The notes below the pieces were generated by a model. It was not told the origin of the DNA. It made no database searches and saw nothing but the letters and a program-made list of their open reading frames with translations. This document shows, piece by piece, positions 1 through 10,178 of a stretch of 64,000 nt of DNA; position 1 is the first letter of the stretch; every line of letters starts with the position of its first letter. The translations under genes were made by a program, and so were the position numbers. The DNA lies in the NCBI GenBank assembly GCA_019429255.1, contig JAHYIY010000012.1:2505-66504 (forward strand), given 5' to 3'. Source of the stretch: Desulfuromonadales bacterium. Lineage in GTDB: Bacteria > Desulfobacterota > Desulfuromonadia > Desulfuromonadales > Geopsychrobacteraceae.

Positions 1-1327
1 GTAGGGGCACTCCCCTCAGATCGAGTTTGAGGTTACCGGACAGGGCATCAATAGCGCCCTGCACCTGGAAGTTGCCACGGAAGGGCGATCGATCTGCAGC
101 CCCAACACCGGCGGATGGCTGCGGCCGAAGGCTATGAAAATCACCGCTCAGCTCTAGAACCTGGTTCAGCCAGCTGGTCCGTGCTGTCCATTCAAGGCCA
201 CCGCTGACGGGCAGGGCTTGGTCTTGGCCTACGACCTTTGGTATCCGCGCCAGATCGCGGAAAGTTCCTTGTCCTGTGGCAACCACATGCCCATCCGTTC
301 CCTGCACAGCAAAAGATACGGGGGAGCCTTCTGCCAGTTGCGCTTCGCCGACGGCCTGCCACTGGTGCCGATCTCCGGCACCACTCAGCCGCAGATTGTT
401 TGCCTGAAAACGCACGTCACCTTTTGTCAGTTGCAGCGCTGCAGCGGCAAGTTGGCCTTGCACCTGCCCTCCACGTATTTCTACCCCCAGGCGCAGGTTC
501 TGTACGGAAAAGTCGACGTCAGGCGCAAGTAGCTGTTGCATCCCTGCGAGCGCCAACCAGGGGTCCAGTTGTGCCCGGTCAACGTGAGCCAGCACCAGTT
601 CTCCCCCGGCGGCCAGCCCTTCGGCGGCAGGGCGCAGGGTTAAGGGCGTTGTGAGCAGTGAGTGGCCATCGATGTTCACTTCATTCAGTTGCACTTGCAG
701 TTGCGGATCGGTCTCCCATTGCCATTGCCCGGAGGTAGAGAGCTTAAGTGGCGTCTCCCCTTGCACCGTAACCGTCAGACGAAAACTTCGCGATGGTGCA
801 TGATGCAGATCGAATTCAATGGCGCGCACTGCAACCACCTGATCCGTTAACACAAGATCAAAGCGACCACCGGTAACTGTCAACAGGTCGATGCTGATCG
901 GAGGTTTGCGCAATCTGAAGGGGGTGGAGTTGTTATTGTCAGGTAAAAAGGTCGGGTTAAAATAGACTTCCGGTTGTTCCACCCGCAGGGAATCGAGTCG
1001 CCCACGCCATAAGTTTCCGAGGTTGAAATCCAGGATCAGAGCGGGCACTGTCACGTAATAGAGATCGGCATGATCTACTGTCAAGCCACGCATGCGTAGC
1101 TGACCACGATCCAACGCGAGCTGTTCAATTGTTACCAGGGCTGCGAGATTTGTGCTCAGAAACTGCTCAAGGCGGGGTTTGGCGATGTTGTTCAGCAGCG
1201 GGGTGCGATAATGCCACAAGGCAAACATTATCATCAGCAGCAGCGCCAGCGCTGGAACAGTAAATCCTGCAATCCTCAAGCATTGCTGGAAGCGACTGCG
1301 CTGCTGATTGTATCGAGGTGATGTCAT
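1..1327 (-). CDS. AsmA/YdbH-like large envelope protein (3' end runs off the window)
   Basis: Not in the ORF track because it has no stop in the window. ATG at 1327 follows a GGGAGG RBS. Reads MTSPRYNQQRSRFQQCLRIAGFTVPALALLLMIMFALWHYRTPLLNN..., i.e. an N-terminal TM anchor then amphipathic beta-rich sequence open to base 1. Confidence 0.65.
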   Translation of the reverse strand, partial: MTSPRYNQQRSRFQQCLRIAGFTVPALALLLMIMFALWHYRTPLLNNIAKPRLEQFLSTNLAALVTIEQLALDRGQLRMRGLTVDHADLYYVTVPALILDFNLGNLWRGRLDSLRVEQPEVYFNPTFLPDNNNSTPFRLRKPPISIDLLTVTGGRFDLVLTDQVVAVRAIEFDLHHAPSRSFRLTVTVQGETPLKLSTSGQWQWETDPQLQVQLNEVNIDGHSLLTTPLTLRPAAEGLAAGGELVLAHVDRAQLDPWLALAGMQQLLAPDVDFSVQNLRLGVEIRGGQVQGQLAAAALQLTKGDVRFQANNLRLSGAGDRHQWQAVGEAQLAEGSPVSFAVQGTDGHVVATGQGTFRDLARIPKVVGQDQALPVSGGLEWTARTSWLNQVLELSGDFHSLRPQPSAGVGAADRSPFRGNFQVQGAIDALSGNLKLDLRGVPL

Positions 1328-1355
1328 CTGCTGTGCGCCCTCCCTTTTGCCCTGC

Positions 1356-1433
1356 TGTTGCCGCCATCCATGGCGACCAACACCCTTGCCACAGGAACCC
1401 CGGCCCTGCGCCAGGACAGCAGTGAATAGTTAC
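1356..1433. mobile_element. Partial (right-half) copy of the GTAAC-ended MITE
   Basis: CCATGGCGAC..CCTTGCCACAGGA..GGCCCTGCGC..GTGAATAGTTAC matches the right half of the copies at 34018 and 44690. Confidence 0.75.
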
Positions 1434-1613
1434 CTTTAGCATAGCAAAAGTAGACGCCCTTTCCGGCAGAGATTTTCGCCAGTTGGCGCTGATCAGTGCG
1501 AATAAATTGACCGCAACAATGATGCGCCAATAATTCATCTGGAAATTATCACCCTGATCCGCTATGCATATGCAGGGTTCATTGTGTCACTTTTGCCACC
1601 AACGGGAGTTGTC

Positions 1614-1841
1614 ATGATTCCGCAAAAGTATGAGTTTTTTGTGTTCACCTTTTTGATGTCGCTGTGTATGTCATTCTTTATGTCAGGAGTGATTACTTTC
1701 ATCAATATGGGATTGGTTGAAGGGTTTGCCGAGTTGTGGATCGAAGCCTTCATCAAGGCTTTTGTGGTGGCCTATCCGACGATTATGATTGTCGTGCCCC
1801 AGGTTCGCCGGGTTGTCAAACTGGTGGTGCGCCAGGGTTGA
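1614..1841 (+). CDS. DUF2798-like small membrane protein
   Basis: ATG 1614 after GGGAG; FxFLMSxxMSFFMSGVIT...W..AF..AF.VA.P pattern; two TM helices. Confidence 0.75.
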   Translation: MIPQKYEFFVFTFLMSLCMSFFMSGVITFINMGLVEGFAELWIEAFIKAFVVAYPTIMIVVPQVRRVVKLVVRQG

Positions 1842-1849
1842 ATATGCTA

Positions 1850-3397
1850 TCAGGTCGTAGTTTCGGCCTTTTTTGTTTGGCGTCGACACCACCAGTCATA
1901 GGCTCCACTCAGACACAGCAGCAACAGGATAATGCCACTAAGCGGGATAATCAGCAGATACCAGGGACCAAGCCAGGGTTCGAAGATGCGCCCGTTGTGG
2001 AATTCGAACAGGTAATGCCACATCGACATGGGCGCTGCCGCTGCAATTTCAGCGGGCATGACAGGTAATAATGGCTGACCTGCAGTCATCGGCAGCATTC
2101 CATCATGGTAGTCGAAACGCACATAGGGCCGGTTACCTGCCATGACCACGCCACTGACCAGGTCATTGCTCTGGTAGGGGTTGCTTTCCTGTAGTCCGGG
2201 ACGCCGCAGCCGCCAGATTCGTCCCTGATGTTCCTCAACCACAAAGAGCCCGCTGAACGAGCCGATCAGCAGTTGGTCGTTCTCCATCCCCTCTAACACC
2301 GTAACCCCCATGCCGTGGATGGGCACCGGGAGCTGCAGGCGCTTAAATTTCCCATCCAGATCGGCCGGGCCATGCCACAGGCCATTCTCGGTTGAGATAA
2401 CGATGGTGCCGTTGCTGCCGGCAGTAGCGGACTGAATCTTGCCGCCGAAGCCTGCCGAGCGAGGTGAAAAGCGCAACAAGGGGTTGCCCGCATCGAGACT
2501 GTGATTGACTGTCGCTAAGAGCAAGGGGGGGCGCAGGAAAATACCCGACCCGGCCAGAATGATCAGGATGACAACAATCCAGATGCCCAGTTTCAAGTGA
2601 TGTTTCCAGCACCAGCGAAAAAAGCTGCCGGGCGGCTGCCGCAAGGTAGGCCACTTACGATTGCGCCAGGGCACAAACCAGATCACCAGCCCGCTAACGC
2701 CGAGAATCACCAGAATGATGGCGCTGATATCCAGCAGGATTTTTCCCGGCGTAGCGAGAATAGTGCCGTTGTGGATGTCGTGCAGTATCCTGAACAACGG
2801 CACTTTAGTGGCGTCATCCTGCTCGGCAACGGCAAGCTTCGCCGGGGTGAAATTCAGGGCTGCGGCCTCTGCCTGCCAGGCAGCTTTTTCCGAAAAAGCG
2901 ACAATCCGGTCAGCGGTTTTAACCAGCGCCACCATGCGCGGCGACGCTGGAGCGCCCGGCAGGACAACCTGCGCCCAGGGATTGTTACCATGCTTTTGAT
3001 AGAGTCCACTGCGGGTTGCCGCCAGCAGGATACGATCAGCGGAATCTTGATTGAGAATCACCAGCGCGGCAGTGTCGCGGTCATAAGCTGCCGGCGGAAA
3101 GCCTTCATCCACAAGGGTGAAACTGCGTCCCTGATCGTCACTGCGGGCAACGCCCGCTTTTCCCGCCAGGTACCAGGTGCCGTCGGCGCTGATGGTGCCG
3201 CTACGAACCAGCATACGATTCCAGTTCTGGTAGCTGTAATCGGTCGGCACCAGGCTTTGCGGCGTATCGATGGAGCTGATCCACGCGGGATGATTAAGCA
3301 GCAGGCCTGATGCTCCCATGGCCGTCAGATACAGTCCCAGGATCAGTCCCAGATATTTGTGAATTGCGCGGGAAATACGAAAACTGCGACGTGCCAT
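1850..3397 (-). CDS. PepSY-associated TM helix domain protein
   Basis: IHKYLGL, SGLLLNH, LHDIHNG, HHLKLG and EFHNGR His-containing TM motifs. Start corrected to ATG 3397 because the track start at 3427 lies inside a MITE. Confidence 0.8.
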   Translation of the reverse strand: MARRSFRISRAIHKYLGLILGLYLTAMGASGLLLNHPAWISSIDTPQSLVPTDYSYQNWNRMLVRSGTISADGTWYLAGKAGVARSDDQGRSFTLVDEGFPPAAYDRDTAALVILNQDSADRILLAATRSGLYQKHGNNPWAQVVLPGAPASPRMVALVKTADRIVAFSEKAAWQAEAAALNFTPAKLAVAEQDDATKVPLFRILHDIHNGTILATPGKILLDISAIILVILGVSGLVIWFVPWRNRKWPTLRQPPGSFFRWCWKHHLKLGIWIVVILIILAGSGIFLRPPLLLATVNHSLDAGNPLLRFSPRSAGFGGKIQSATAGSNGTIVISTENGLWHGPADLDGKFKRLQLPVPIHGMGVTVLEGMENDQLLIGSFSGLFVVEEHQGRIWRLRRPGLQESNPYQSNDLVSGVVMAGNRPYVRFDYHDGMLPMTAGQPLLPVMPAEIAAAAPMSMWHYLFEFHNGRIFEPWLGPWYLLIIPLSGIILLLLCLSGAYDWWCRRQTKKAETTT

Positions 3398-3412
3398 CCA
3401 TGTTATCCTTGG

Positions 3413-3469
3413 GTATCTGTTCAGCACCGGGTCAGGACTCCTGTGGCAAGGATAGAGCAGAATAGTTAC
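3413..3469. mobile_element. 57-bp internally deleted MITE with a perfect 8-bp target duplication
   Basis: Ends GTATCTGTTCAGC / GCAGAATAGTTAC; ATCCTTGG on both sides (3405-3412, 3470-3477). Confidence 0.85.
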
Positions 3470-3589
3470 ATCCTTGGCAAATAAATCGATACCTTCTCGT
3501 AGGTGCTGTTACCGGAGATTAGCGTAAAAAATGGTGTCAACCTTTGATGCAAATCAATTTTGTTTCTTCTTCGCCACCGGAGAAATGTT

Positions 3590-4432
3590 TTGAGTGGTTT
3601 TTTTGAGCATTTGCCCGCAACAGGTGCCATCTGTGCCCACCGGGGCGCACGTTCCATCGCTCCGGAGAATACCCTGCTGGCGTTCGAGGCGGCTCAGCGC
3701 GGTGGTGCTCATTTGCTGGAAACCGATGTGCAGATGAGCGCTGATGAACAGCTGGTGCTCTTTCATGATCGTGGCCTTAAGCGCACCACCAATGTTGCCG
3801 ATCACCCGGCCTTTGTCGGCAGAGCCCGCAAAGCTCTGACCTCTTTCGCTTACGAAGAATTGCGGTTGCTCGACGCCGGTAGCTGGTTTTTGCAGCAGGA
3901 TCCCTTCAAAACACTCGCCCAAAACGAGGTTCCTGCAACCATCACCCAGCAAATTCCTGAGCAACGAATTCCCTTGCTTAAAGAGGTTCTTGAGCACTGC
4001 CGCACGCATGATTTTCCCATTAATCTGGAAATCAAGGGCAAGCTGCCGCGCGCTAAAATGCACCGCCGTCTTGAGTTGCTGGTGGATGAAATCAAGCGCG
4101 CCGGATGTGAGGATCTGATCCTGGTATCCTCCTTCGAGCATGACAACCTGCATCTTCTTAAAACCCTCCGTCCAGCGCTGGCCACAGCGGCTCTGGTCGA
4201 AAGAAGCCATCCCCGTCATCTGCTCAACTACCTGCAAGAGCTGCAGGTGGCTGCTTACCATCCCCGTCATGATCTGGTTGACGAAAAACTGATCCAATGC
4301 CTTGCTGCCGCCGGTATCAAAACCAATATCTGGACAGTTAATGACCCGCAACGCTTTGGTTTTTTTGCCGCCGCAGGAGCGACCTTTATCTGTACCGACT
4401 GGCCGCAGACCATGGCGTCACCAGCGCAGTAG
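3590..4432 (+). CDS. Glycerophosphodiester phosphodiesterase (GDPD family)
   Basis: AHRG, PENTLLAF, ETDV, NLEIK, SSF, WTVN and TDWP motifs; likely TTG start at 3590 after GGAG. Confidence 0.9.
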   Translation: MSGFFEHLPATGAICAHRGARSIAPENTLLAFEAAQRGGAHLLETDVQMSADEQLVLFHDRGLKRTTNVADHPAFVGRARKALTSFAYEELRLLDAGSWFLQQDPFKTLAQNEVPATITQQIPEQRIPLLKEVLEHCRTHDFPINLEIKGKLPRAKMHRRLELLVDEIKRAGCEDLILVSSFEHDNLHLLKTLRPALATAALVERSHPRHLLNYLQELQVAAYHPRHDLVDEKLIQCLAAAGIKTNIWTVNDPQRFGFFAAAGATFICTDWPQTMASPAQ

Positions 4433-4525
4433 CCCCTGCCGGGGCACAGGGTTGCTCAGCCGCCGGCGCCGACTATTTATCAGATTACCCCACCCCAAAA
4501 AGTGTTAGAAGTTTGAAAACATCCA

Positions 4526-4581
4526 TTGACAATGGTGACAATTGAGCATTATATGTCCAAAGATGTCACATGAAATGACAT
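4526..4581 (+). promoter_or_regulatory. Putative ehr promoter and operator
   Basis: TTGACA at 4526, TTATAT 17 bp later; palindrome ATGTCA-N7-TGACAT at 4563-4581; further TGACA/TGTC half-sites. Confidence 0.45.
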
Positions 4582-4596
4582 GAGTCGTATGGAGGA

Positions 4597-5277
4597 GTGA
4601 TGAATCTTTCAGTCAAGGATGCGGCCAAACTGCTTGCGGTTGCAGAAAAAACTATTTATCGCTGGATTAAACAGGACATTGTTCCTGCCTATAAAATAAA
4701 CGAAAATTATCGTTTTAATCGCGCCGAACTGCTGGAATGGGCGACCTCGCGCCGCATGGGCGTGTCGGTGGAGGCTTTTAATGAACCGGAAACCGTTGCT
4801 CAACCCTTGCCTGCGTTGAGCGAAGCGTTGGAGAGCGGCGGGATTTTTTATCGAGTTGGCGGTGACACCAGAAAAAAGGTGTTGCTGGATGTTGTTAATC
4901 ATTTACGTCTGCCCGATGAGGTTGACCGCGACTATCTCTTCAGAGTGTTGCTGGCACGGGAAAAAATAGCCAGTACCGCCGTCGGCAATGGTATCGCTTT
5001 TCCGCACCCGCGCAACCCGATTCTGCTGCATGTCACCAGGCCGACCGTTACTCTTTGCTTTCTCGACAATCCGGTCAATTTTTATGCTCTTGATGGTCTG
5101 CCGGTAAGGATTCTCTTTACCCTGGTCACGCCAACCCTGCGTTCTCATCTGCATCTGCTGTCGAAACTGGCGTTTGCCCTGAAGAACAAGAATTTCGAGC
5201 GGGTTGTTCAGAACCAGGGAAGTCGGGAAGAAATTATCGCGGCACTCCGGTTGGCTGAACAGAAGCTGGTGCTCTGA
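4597..5277 (+). CDS. ehrR: Excisionase-type HTH fused to PTS EIIA (PtsN/Fru-type) domain; Ehr operon regulator
   Basis: N-terminal LSVKDAAKLLAVAEKTIYRW..YRF; C-terminal REKIASTAVGNGIAFPHPR with the phospho-His; first gene of the operon. Confidence 0.85.
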   Translation: MMNLSVKDAAKLLAVAEKTIYRWIKQDIVPAYKINENYRFNRAELLEWATSRRMGVSVEAFNEPETVAQPLPALSEALESGGIFYRVGGDTRKKVLLDVVNHLRLPDEVDRDYLFRVLLAREKIASTAVGNGIAFPHPRNPILLHVTRPTVTLCFLDNPVNFYALDGLPVRILFTLVTPTLRSHLHLLSKLAFALKNKNFERVVQNQGSREEIIAALRLAEQKLVL

Positions 5278-7268
5278 TGGCTGGATTATGGCTGCTATCC
5301 TTGCTGCTGCCGGTATTCGGTGCACTACTGGTTGTGCCTTTGTGTCGCTACGCAACCTTAAGTGCCGGAATTGCCGCAGTGACGACCGTGCTGGCGGCGA
5401 TTCCCGGTATCTACGTCTCATTTTCCCTGCTGGGTGGTCATCCGCCTGTTTCCATCGCTTATGCCTGGTCATTGCCTGGTGGCGCTTTGCAGATTGATGT
5501 TGACGCAGTGAGCGCATTTTTTCTGTTGCCGGTTTTTATTCTGTCCCCGTTGTGTGCCATTTACGGTGGCGCCTATCTGCACCAGGTCAAAGGAAAGCTG
5601 CTGGGATTTCACTGGGCTTTTTTTCTACTGCTGGTGGCGTCGATGATCCTGGTCTTAAGCGCTGGTCAGGTCTTTCTGTTTCTCGTTGCCTGGGAATTGA
5701 TGTCATTGACGTCATTCTTTCTGGTGGCTTTTGATCAACAGGAAAGGGAAGTGAGGCAGGCCGCCTGGGTCTATCTGGTGGCAAGTCACATCGGGGTCAC
5801 CCTGTTGCTCGGTTTTTTTCTGTATAGCAGCCAATGGAGCGGCAGTTTGTTGTTTTCTGACTTTCAGGCGTTGAAGTCTATCTCCCCAAGCCTGGCAACC
5901 GGACTGTTTCTGCTGGCGGTTACAGGTTTTGGCATCAAGGCCGGGTTGTTCCCCCTGCATGTCTGGCTGCCGGAAGCTCACCCGGCGGCTCCCAGCCACG
6001 TGTCGGCGCTGATGTCGGCGGTCATGGTTAACCTGGGAATCTACGGGATCCTGCGGGTTGTGACCTGGTTGCCGCAAGCACCCGCCTGGTGGGGACTGTT
6101 GCTGGCCGGATTCGGCATTGCAGGGGCGCTGTACGGCATTGCCCTGGCCGCCGTTCAGCAGGATATCAAGCGCTGTCTGGCCTATTCCACGGTGGAAAAT
6201 GTCGGAATCATTTTTGTTGGTCTCGGTGTGGGGATCTATGCCGGCGCTGCGGGTTTCCCCGGCGTCGCCCTACTCGCTTTTGCCGGGGCGCTATTACATC
6301 TGTGGAACCATTCGTTGTTTAAGGGGATGCTGTTTCTCGGCGCCGGGAATCTGGTACACGCAACCGCTACGCGCAACATGAATCAGTTAGGTGGCTTAAT
6401 GAAGCGCCTGCCGGCCACCTCGCTGCTGCTGATCGGCGGCAGTGTCGCGATTACCGCGTTGCCGCCGTTCAACGGTTTTATTAGTGAATGGCTGATCTAC
6501 CTGGGGTTACTCCACGGTGGACTGGAGATGCCACGGGCCATGGGGCTGCCGCTGTTGCTCCTGGTAAGTCTGCTGGCGCTGGTTGGTGCGGCGGCCATCC
6601 TGGTGTTTGTCCGGTTGGTGGGAATTTCCGTATTGGGCAACCCGCGTTCGGCAGCGGCAGCTAGTGCCCATGAAGGGAGCATCTTGCTGCTGGCACCTCC
6701 CGCTATTTTGTTGGCTGGTTGTGTGCTGATCGGACTCAATCCGTTGCCGGTGCTGGATCTGCTCAGGGCTCCTGTGGTGTTGTTGATCAAAACGGAGTTG
6801 CTGCCGGTGCTGACGTTGACCGCTTTTACCGGGCTGGGTCGGGGGGTATGGTTGCTGTTGGCGTTGATTGTCGGCATGGCCTTGTTGCTTTTTGTGCAAC
6901 GTTACCGCCATCCTGCTGTCGTCGCAGCAACCTGGGGCTGTGGCTTTGCCCTGCCGAATAATCGCATGTCCTACAACGCCACGGCCTTTAGCGAGCTTGC
7001 TCACAATCATTTGCTGCCGCGTACCCTGCGCCCGGAAGTTGTAGCCGCGCCGGTAACAACATTTTTTCCTCAGGCAGCACAGCTGTCGCAACAGTCATCC
7101 GATCCGGTTCTGAATCGCCTGCTGCAACTGTTTTTCACCAGGATAGCAAATCTGTGTCAACGGTTGCGCTGGTTTCAGCAGGGGCGTTTGCCGATTTATC
7201 TGCTCTATATTTTTCTGACCTGTATCGGCCTGATGATCTGGTCGCTATGGGTTTTTGGTGGAGGTTGA
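5277..7268 (+). CDS. ehrA: Ehr antiporter-like membrane subunit (HyfB/NuoL-like), copy 1
   Basis: WELMSL, GIKAGLFPLHVWLPEAHPAAPSHVSALMS, KRCLAYSTVEN, PPFNGF. Confidence 0.85.
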   Translation: MAGLWLLSLLLPVFGALLVVPLCRYATLSAGIAAVTTVLAAIPGIYVSFSLLGGHPPVSIAYAWSLPGGALQIDVDAVSAFFLLPVFILSPLCAIYGGAYLHQVKGKLLGFHWAFFLLLVASMILVLSAGQVFLFLVAWELMSLTSFFLVAFDQQEREVRQAAWVYLVASHIGVTLLLGFFLYSSQWSGSLLFSDFQALKSISPSLATGLFLLAVTGFGIKAGLFPLHVWLPEAHPAAPSHVSALMSAVMVNLGIYGILRVVTWLPQAPAWWGLLLAGFGIAGALYGIALAAVQQDIKRCLAYSTVENVGIIFVGLGVGIYAGAAGFPGVALLAFAGALLHLWNHSLFKGMLFLGAGNLVHATATRNMNQLGGLMKRLPATSLLLIGGSVAITALPPFNGFISEWLIYLGLLHGGLEMPRAMGLPLLLLVSLLALVGAAAILVFVRLVGISVLGNPRSAAAASAHEGSILLLAPPAILLAGCVLIGLNPLPVLDLLRAPVVLLIKTELLPVLTLTAFTGLGRGVWLLLALIVGMALLLFVQRYRHPAVVAATWGCGFALPNNRMSYNATAFSELAHNHLLPRTLRPEVVAAPVTTFFPQAAQLSQQSSDPVLNRLLQLFFTRIANLCQRLRWFQQGRLPIYLLYIFLTCIGLMIWSLWVFGGG

Positions 7269-7269
7269 A

Positions 7270-9240
7270 ATGTCCTGGTTGCTGACGGCAGTGGCTCTAG
7301 CCGGACTGTCCGGCGTTCCCGGGCTGTTTATGAATCGCTATGGCAGTGGCGGTGAGCGGATCGCTTGTGCTTTGATCGTTGCTGCCGCACTATGCGGCCT
7401 CGGCGCTGTAGTCCAGGTTTTTTATGATGGTGATCCGTTGCTGCTGGCCTGGTCGTGGAAGATCCCCGGGGCAGCTTTTATTGTGCGTCTGGACGCTCTG
7501 GCGGCATTTTTCCTGATGCCTCTGTGCCTGGTCGCGGCAGCGGGGGCCATTTACGGACTGACGTATATGGCCCAATCCCACCACCCTGAAAACGGCAGAC
7601 AGTTCCGCTTATTTTATGGCCTGGTAGTGGCAGCAGTGATGCTGGTGGTCTGTGCCGGCAACAGCTTGTTATTTCTTTTTGCCTGGGAGTTGATGGCGGT
7701 TTCCGGATTTTTTCTGATCACTGCGGATGACCAATTGGAAGAGGCCCGCAAGGCGGGTTTTGTTTATCTGGCGGCCTCCCACACCGGCGTTTTGGCCCTG
7801 CTCGCCATGTTCGTGTTGCTGGAACAGGGCAGCGGATCTTTTACTTTCCCAGCGGCTGGCCTGTTGGTTGCTCAAGGTGGGTCGGCGGCGGCGATATTTC
7901 TGTTGGGCCTGTTCGGTTTCGGGCTGAAGGCGGGCTTGATTCCGCTGCACATCTGGTTGCCTGCCGCCCACGCTGCCGCGCCGAGTCACGCATCGGCCCT
8001 GCTGTCCGGTGTGATGATCAAGACCGGTATTTACGGACTGACGCGCCTGACCTCATTTTTCTGTGAGATTCCATTCTGGTGGGGAGGATCCCTGCTGGCG
8101 CTGGGGGCCCTGTCGGCGGTGTTCGGGGTGGTTCTGGCCCTGGCACAACATGATATCAAACGCTTGCTGGCTTACCACAGTGTTGAAAATATCGGCATCA
8201 TTGCCCTAGGTCTCGGCATGGCGCTGGTCGGTCGCAGTCTGGGAGAGCCTCTACTGGTGATGCTTGGTTTGGGGGGTGCCTTGTTACACGTCGTCAATCA
8301 CGGGTTGTTTAAATCATTACTGTTTTTAAGTGTCGGCTCCGTGGTTCAGGCAACAGGGACGCGTGATCTCAGCCAATATGGCGGTTTATCAAAGCATCAA
8401 CCGCTGACGGCTTTGTTGTTTCTGGGCGGCGCGGTAGCGATCAGCGGATTGCCACCTTTTAATGGATTTATCAGCGAGTGGTTGATTTACACGGGTGTTT
8501 TTTCCAGCGCCGGGAAAGATGTTGGCGGTGGCATCGCCATTCTGCTGATTGCCCCGGTGCTGGCGCTGACCGGAGCCCTGGCCCTGGCCTGCTTTGTCAA
8601 GGTTTTCGGCATGACCTTTCTGGGTCATCCCCGCAGTGACGCTGTCGTGCAGGCCAAGGAGGCACCGGCATTGATGCTGGCGCCGATGATGGTGCTGTTG
8701 GGCTTTTGTGCCTGGATCGGGTTGCTGCCGCAGACGCTGGGCCCGTTGTTGCTCAAAGCTGTGGGCGACTGGAACAGCGCAGCCCTGGAAATGCCGACAG
8801 CCATGCCGCTGCAGTCATTGACCAATATCAGTGTTTTTGCCTGGGTGCTATTGCTGACCTGTGGTTTGTTGTTCTGGTGGTTACAGCGCCGCCGGCACCA
8901 TGTGGTGCCCGGCCTGGGGACTTGGGGCTGTGGTTATCAGCTACCAAATCAACGCATGCAATACAGTGCCGGCTCCTTTGCCGACACGATAGTCGCACTG
9001 TTCCGCTTTGGACTCTGGACCCGGCGCCATGGCGGGCAGGCCGGCGGGTTGTTTCCCGCAGAGGAGCACTTTGCCTGCCATACGCCCGATATCGTTCTGG
9101 ATCGGGCGATATTACCGGCAAGTAGTGGTATCAGCTGGTTGTTTGTGCGGTTGCGGTCATGGGTGCAGAACGGACTTCTGGCATTTTATCTGCTCTATAT
9201 TGCCCTGACGCTGATATTTTTTCTGTTGTGGTTTATGTGA
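7270..9240 (+). CDS. ehrA: Ehr antiporter-like membrane subunit (HyfB/NuoL-like), copy 2
   Basis: GLKAGLIPLHIWLP, KRLLAYHSVENIG, HGLFKS; ATG 7270 after GGAGG. Confidence 0.85.
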   Translation: MSWLLTAVALAGLSGVPGLFMNRYGSGGERIACALIVAAALCGLGAVVQVFYDGDPLLLAWSWKIPGAAFIVRLDALAAFFLMPLCLVAAAGAIYGLTYMAQSHHPENGRQFRLFYGLVVAAVMLVVCAGNSLLFLFAWELMAVSGFFLITADDQLEEARKAGFVYLAASHTGVLALLAMFVLLEQGSGSFTFPAAGLLVAQGGSAAAIFLLGLFGFGLKAGLIPLHIWLPAAHAAAPSHASALLSGVMIKTGIYGLTRLTSFFCEIPFWWGGSLLALGALSAVFGVVLALAQHDIKRLLAYHSVENIGIIALGLGMALVGRSLGEPLLVMLGLGGALLHVVNHGLFKSLLFLSVGSVVQATGTRDLSQYGGLSKHQPLTALLFLGGAVAISGLPPFNGFISEWLIYTGVFSSAGKDVGGGIAILLIAPVLALTGALALACFVKVFGMTFLGHPRSDAVVQAKEAPALMLAPMMVLLGFCAWIGLLPQTLGPLLLKAVGDWNSAALEMPTAMPLQSLTNISVFAWVLLLTCGLLFWWLQRRRHHVVPGLGTWGCGYQLPNQRMQYSAGSFADTIVALFRFGLWTRRHGGQAGGLFPAEEHFACHTPDIVLDRAILPASSGISWLFVRLRSWVQNGLLAFYLLYIALTLIFFLLWFM

Positions 9241-9248
9241 TGGAGTCA

Positions 9249-10166
9249 ATGATGATCGTCGGCATTCTTATACATCTTCTATTGCTGCTGCTGTTTGCGC
9301 CCTTGCTGGCGGGGATTATAGCCCGTACCAAAGCCCTGTTTGCCGGGCGACGCGGTCAGCCAGTGTTGCAACTCTATTTCGATCTGCTGCGCCTGGCACG
9401 CAAGGGATCGGTGATCAGCAAAACCACAACCTGGGTGTTTGCGGCAGGTCCGGTTATCGGACTGGTCGTTCCGCTGATCGCCGCCTTGATGCTTCCTTTT
9501 GGCACCTTCAAGGCTCCTTTGTCTTTTGACGGCGATCTGATTCTGTTCGTTTATCTGTTTGCCCTGGCGCGCTTTTTTACTGCGGCAGCGGCCCTTGATA
9601 CCGGATCGAGTTTTGAAGGGATGGGGGCGGCGCGCGAAGTGACTTTCTCCTGCCTGGCGGAACCGACCATCATGTTTGCGTTGCTGGTGCTGGCCAAATT
9701 GTCCGGCGGGTTGTCACTCGATGTCCTGTTGGGAGATCACTTAAGTGCTTCCTGGCGCGGTGGTTCCGGCCCGGCGCTGGGACTGATTCTGGTATGTTTG
9801 TTCGTCGTTCTGCTGGTTGAAAATTCGCGCATCCCTTTTGACGATCCCAATACCCATCTTGAACTAACAATGATTCATGAGGTGATGGTTCTCGATCACA
9901 GTGGCCCTGCCTTCGGCATGATCCTCTATGGGGCTGCCCTCAAGCTGATGGTGCTGGGTACGCTGGTAGTGAATCTTGCGCTGCCCTGGGCAACCCCATG
10001 GTGGGCTCTTAACCTGTTGCTCTATCTGGCAGGACTGGTGCTGCTGGCAATGTTGATCGGTATCGTTGAATCCGTTATGGCGCGACTGCGACTGGTGCGG
10101 ATTCCTCAGGTACTGATCGGCACCACTCTGATTTCCGTTTTTGCTCTGGTCCTGGTGCTGCGTTAA
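9249..10166 (+). CDS. ehrB: Ehr membrane subunit (HyfC/NuoH-like)
   Basis: RRGQPVLQLYFDL, GSSFEGMGAARE, ENSRIPFDDPNTHLELTMIHE. Confidence 0.88.
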   Translation: MMIVGILIHLLLLLLFAPLLAGIIARTKALFAGRRGQPVLQLYFDLLRLARKGSVISKTTTWVFAAGPVIGLVVPLIAALMLPFGTFKAPLSFDGDLILFVYLFALARFFTAAAALDTGSSFEGMGAAREVTFSCLAEPTIMFALLVLAKLSGGLSLDVLLGDHLSASWRGGSGPALGLILVCLFVVLLVENSRIPFDDPNTHLELTMIHEVMVLDHSGPAFGMILYGAALKLMVLGTLVVNLALPWATPWWALNLLLYLAGLVLLAMLIGIVESVMARLRLVRIPQVLIGTTLISVFALVLVLR

Positions 10167-10178
10167 GGAGAAAACTCG

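Noticed and set aside
218..1538. Short ORFs listed in the track over the first 1.5 kb
   Set aside because: They are shadows of the long minus-strand CDS starting at 1327, or run through MITE sequence.
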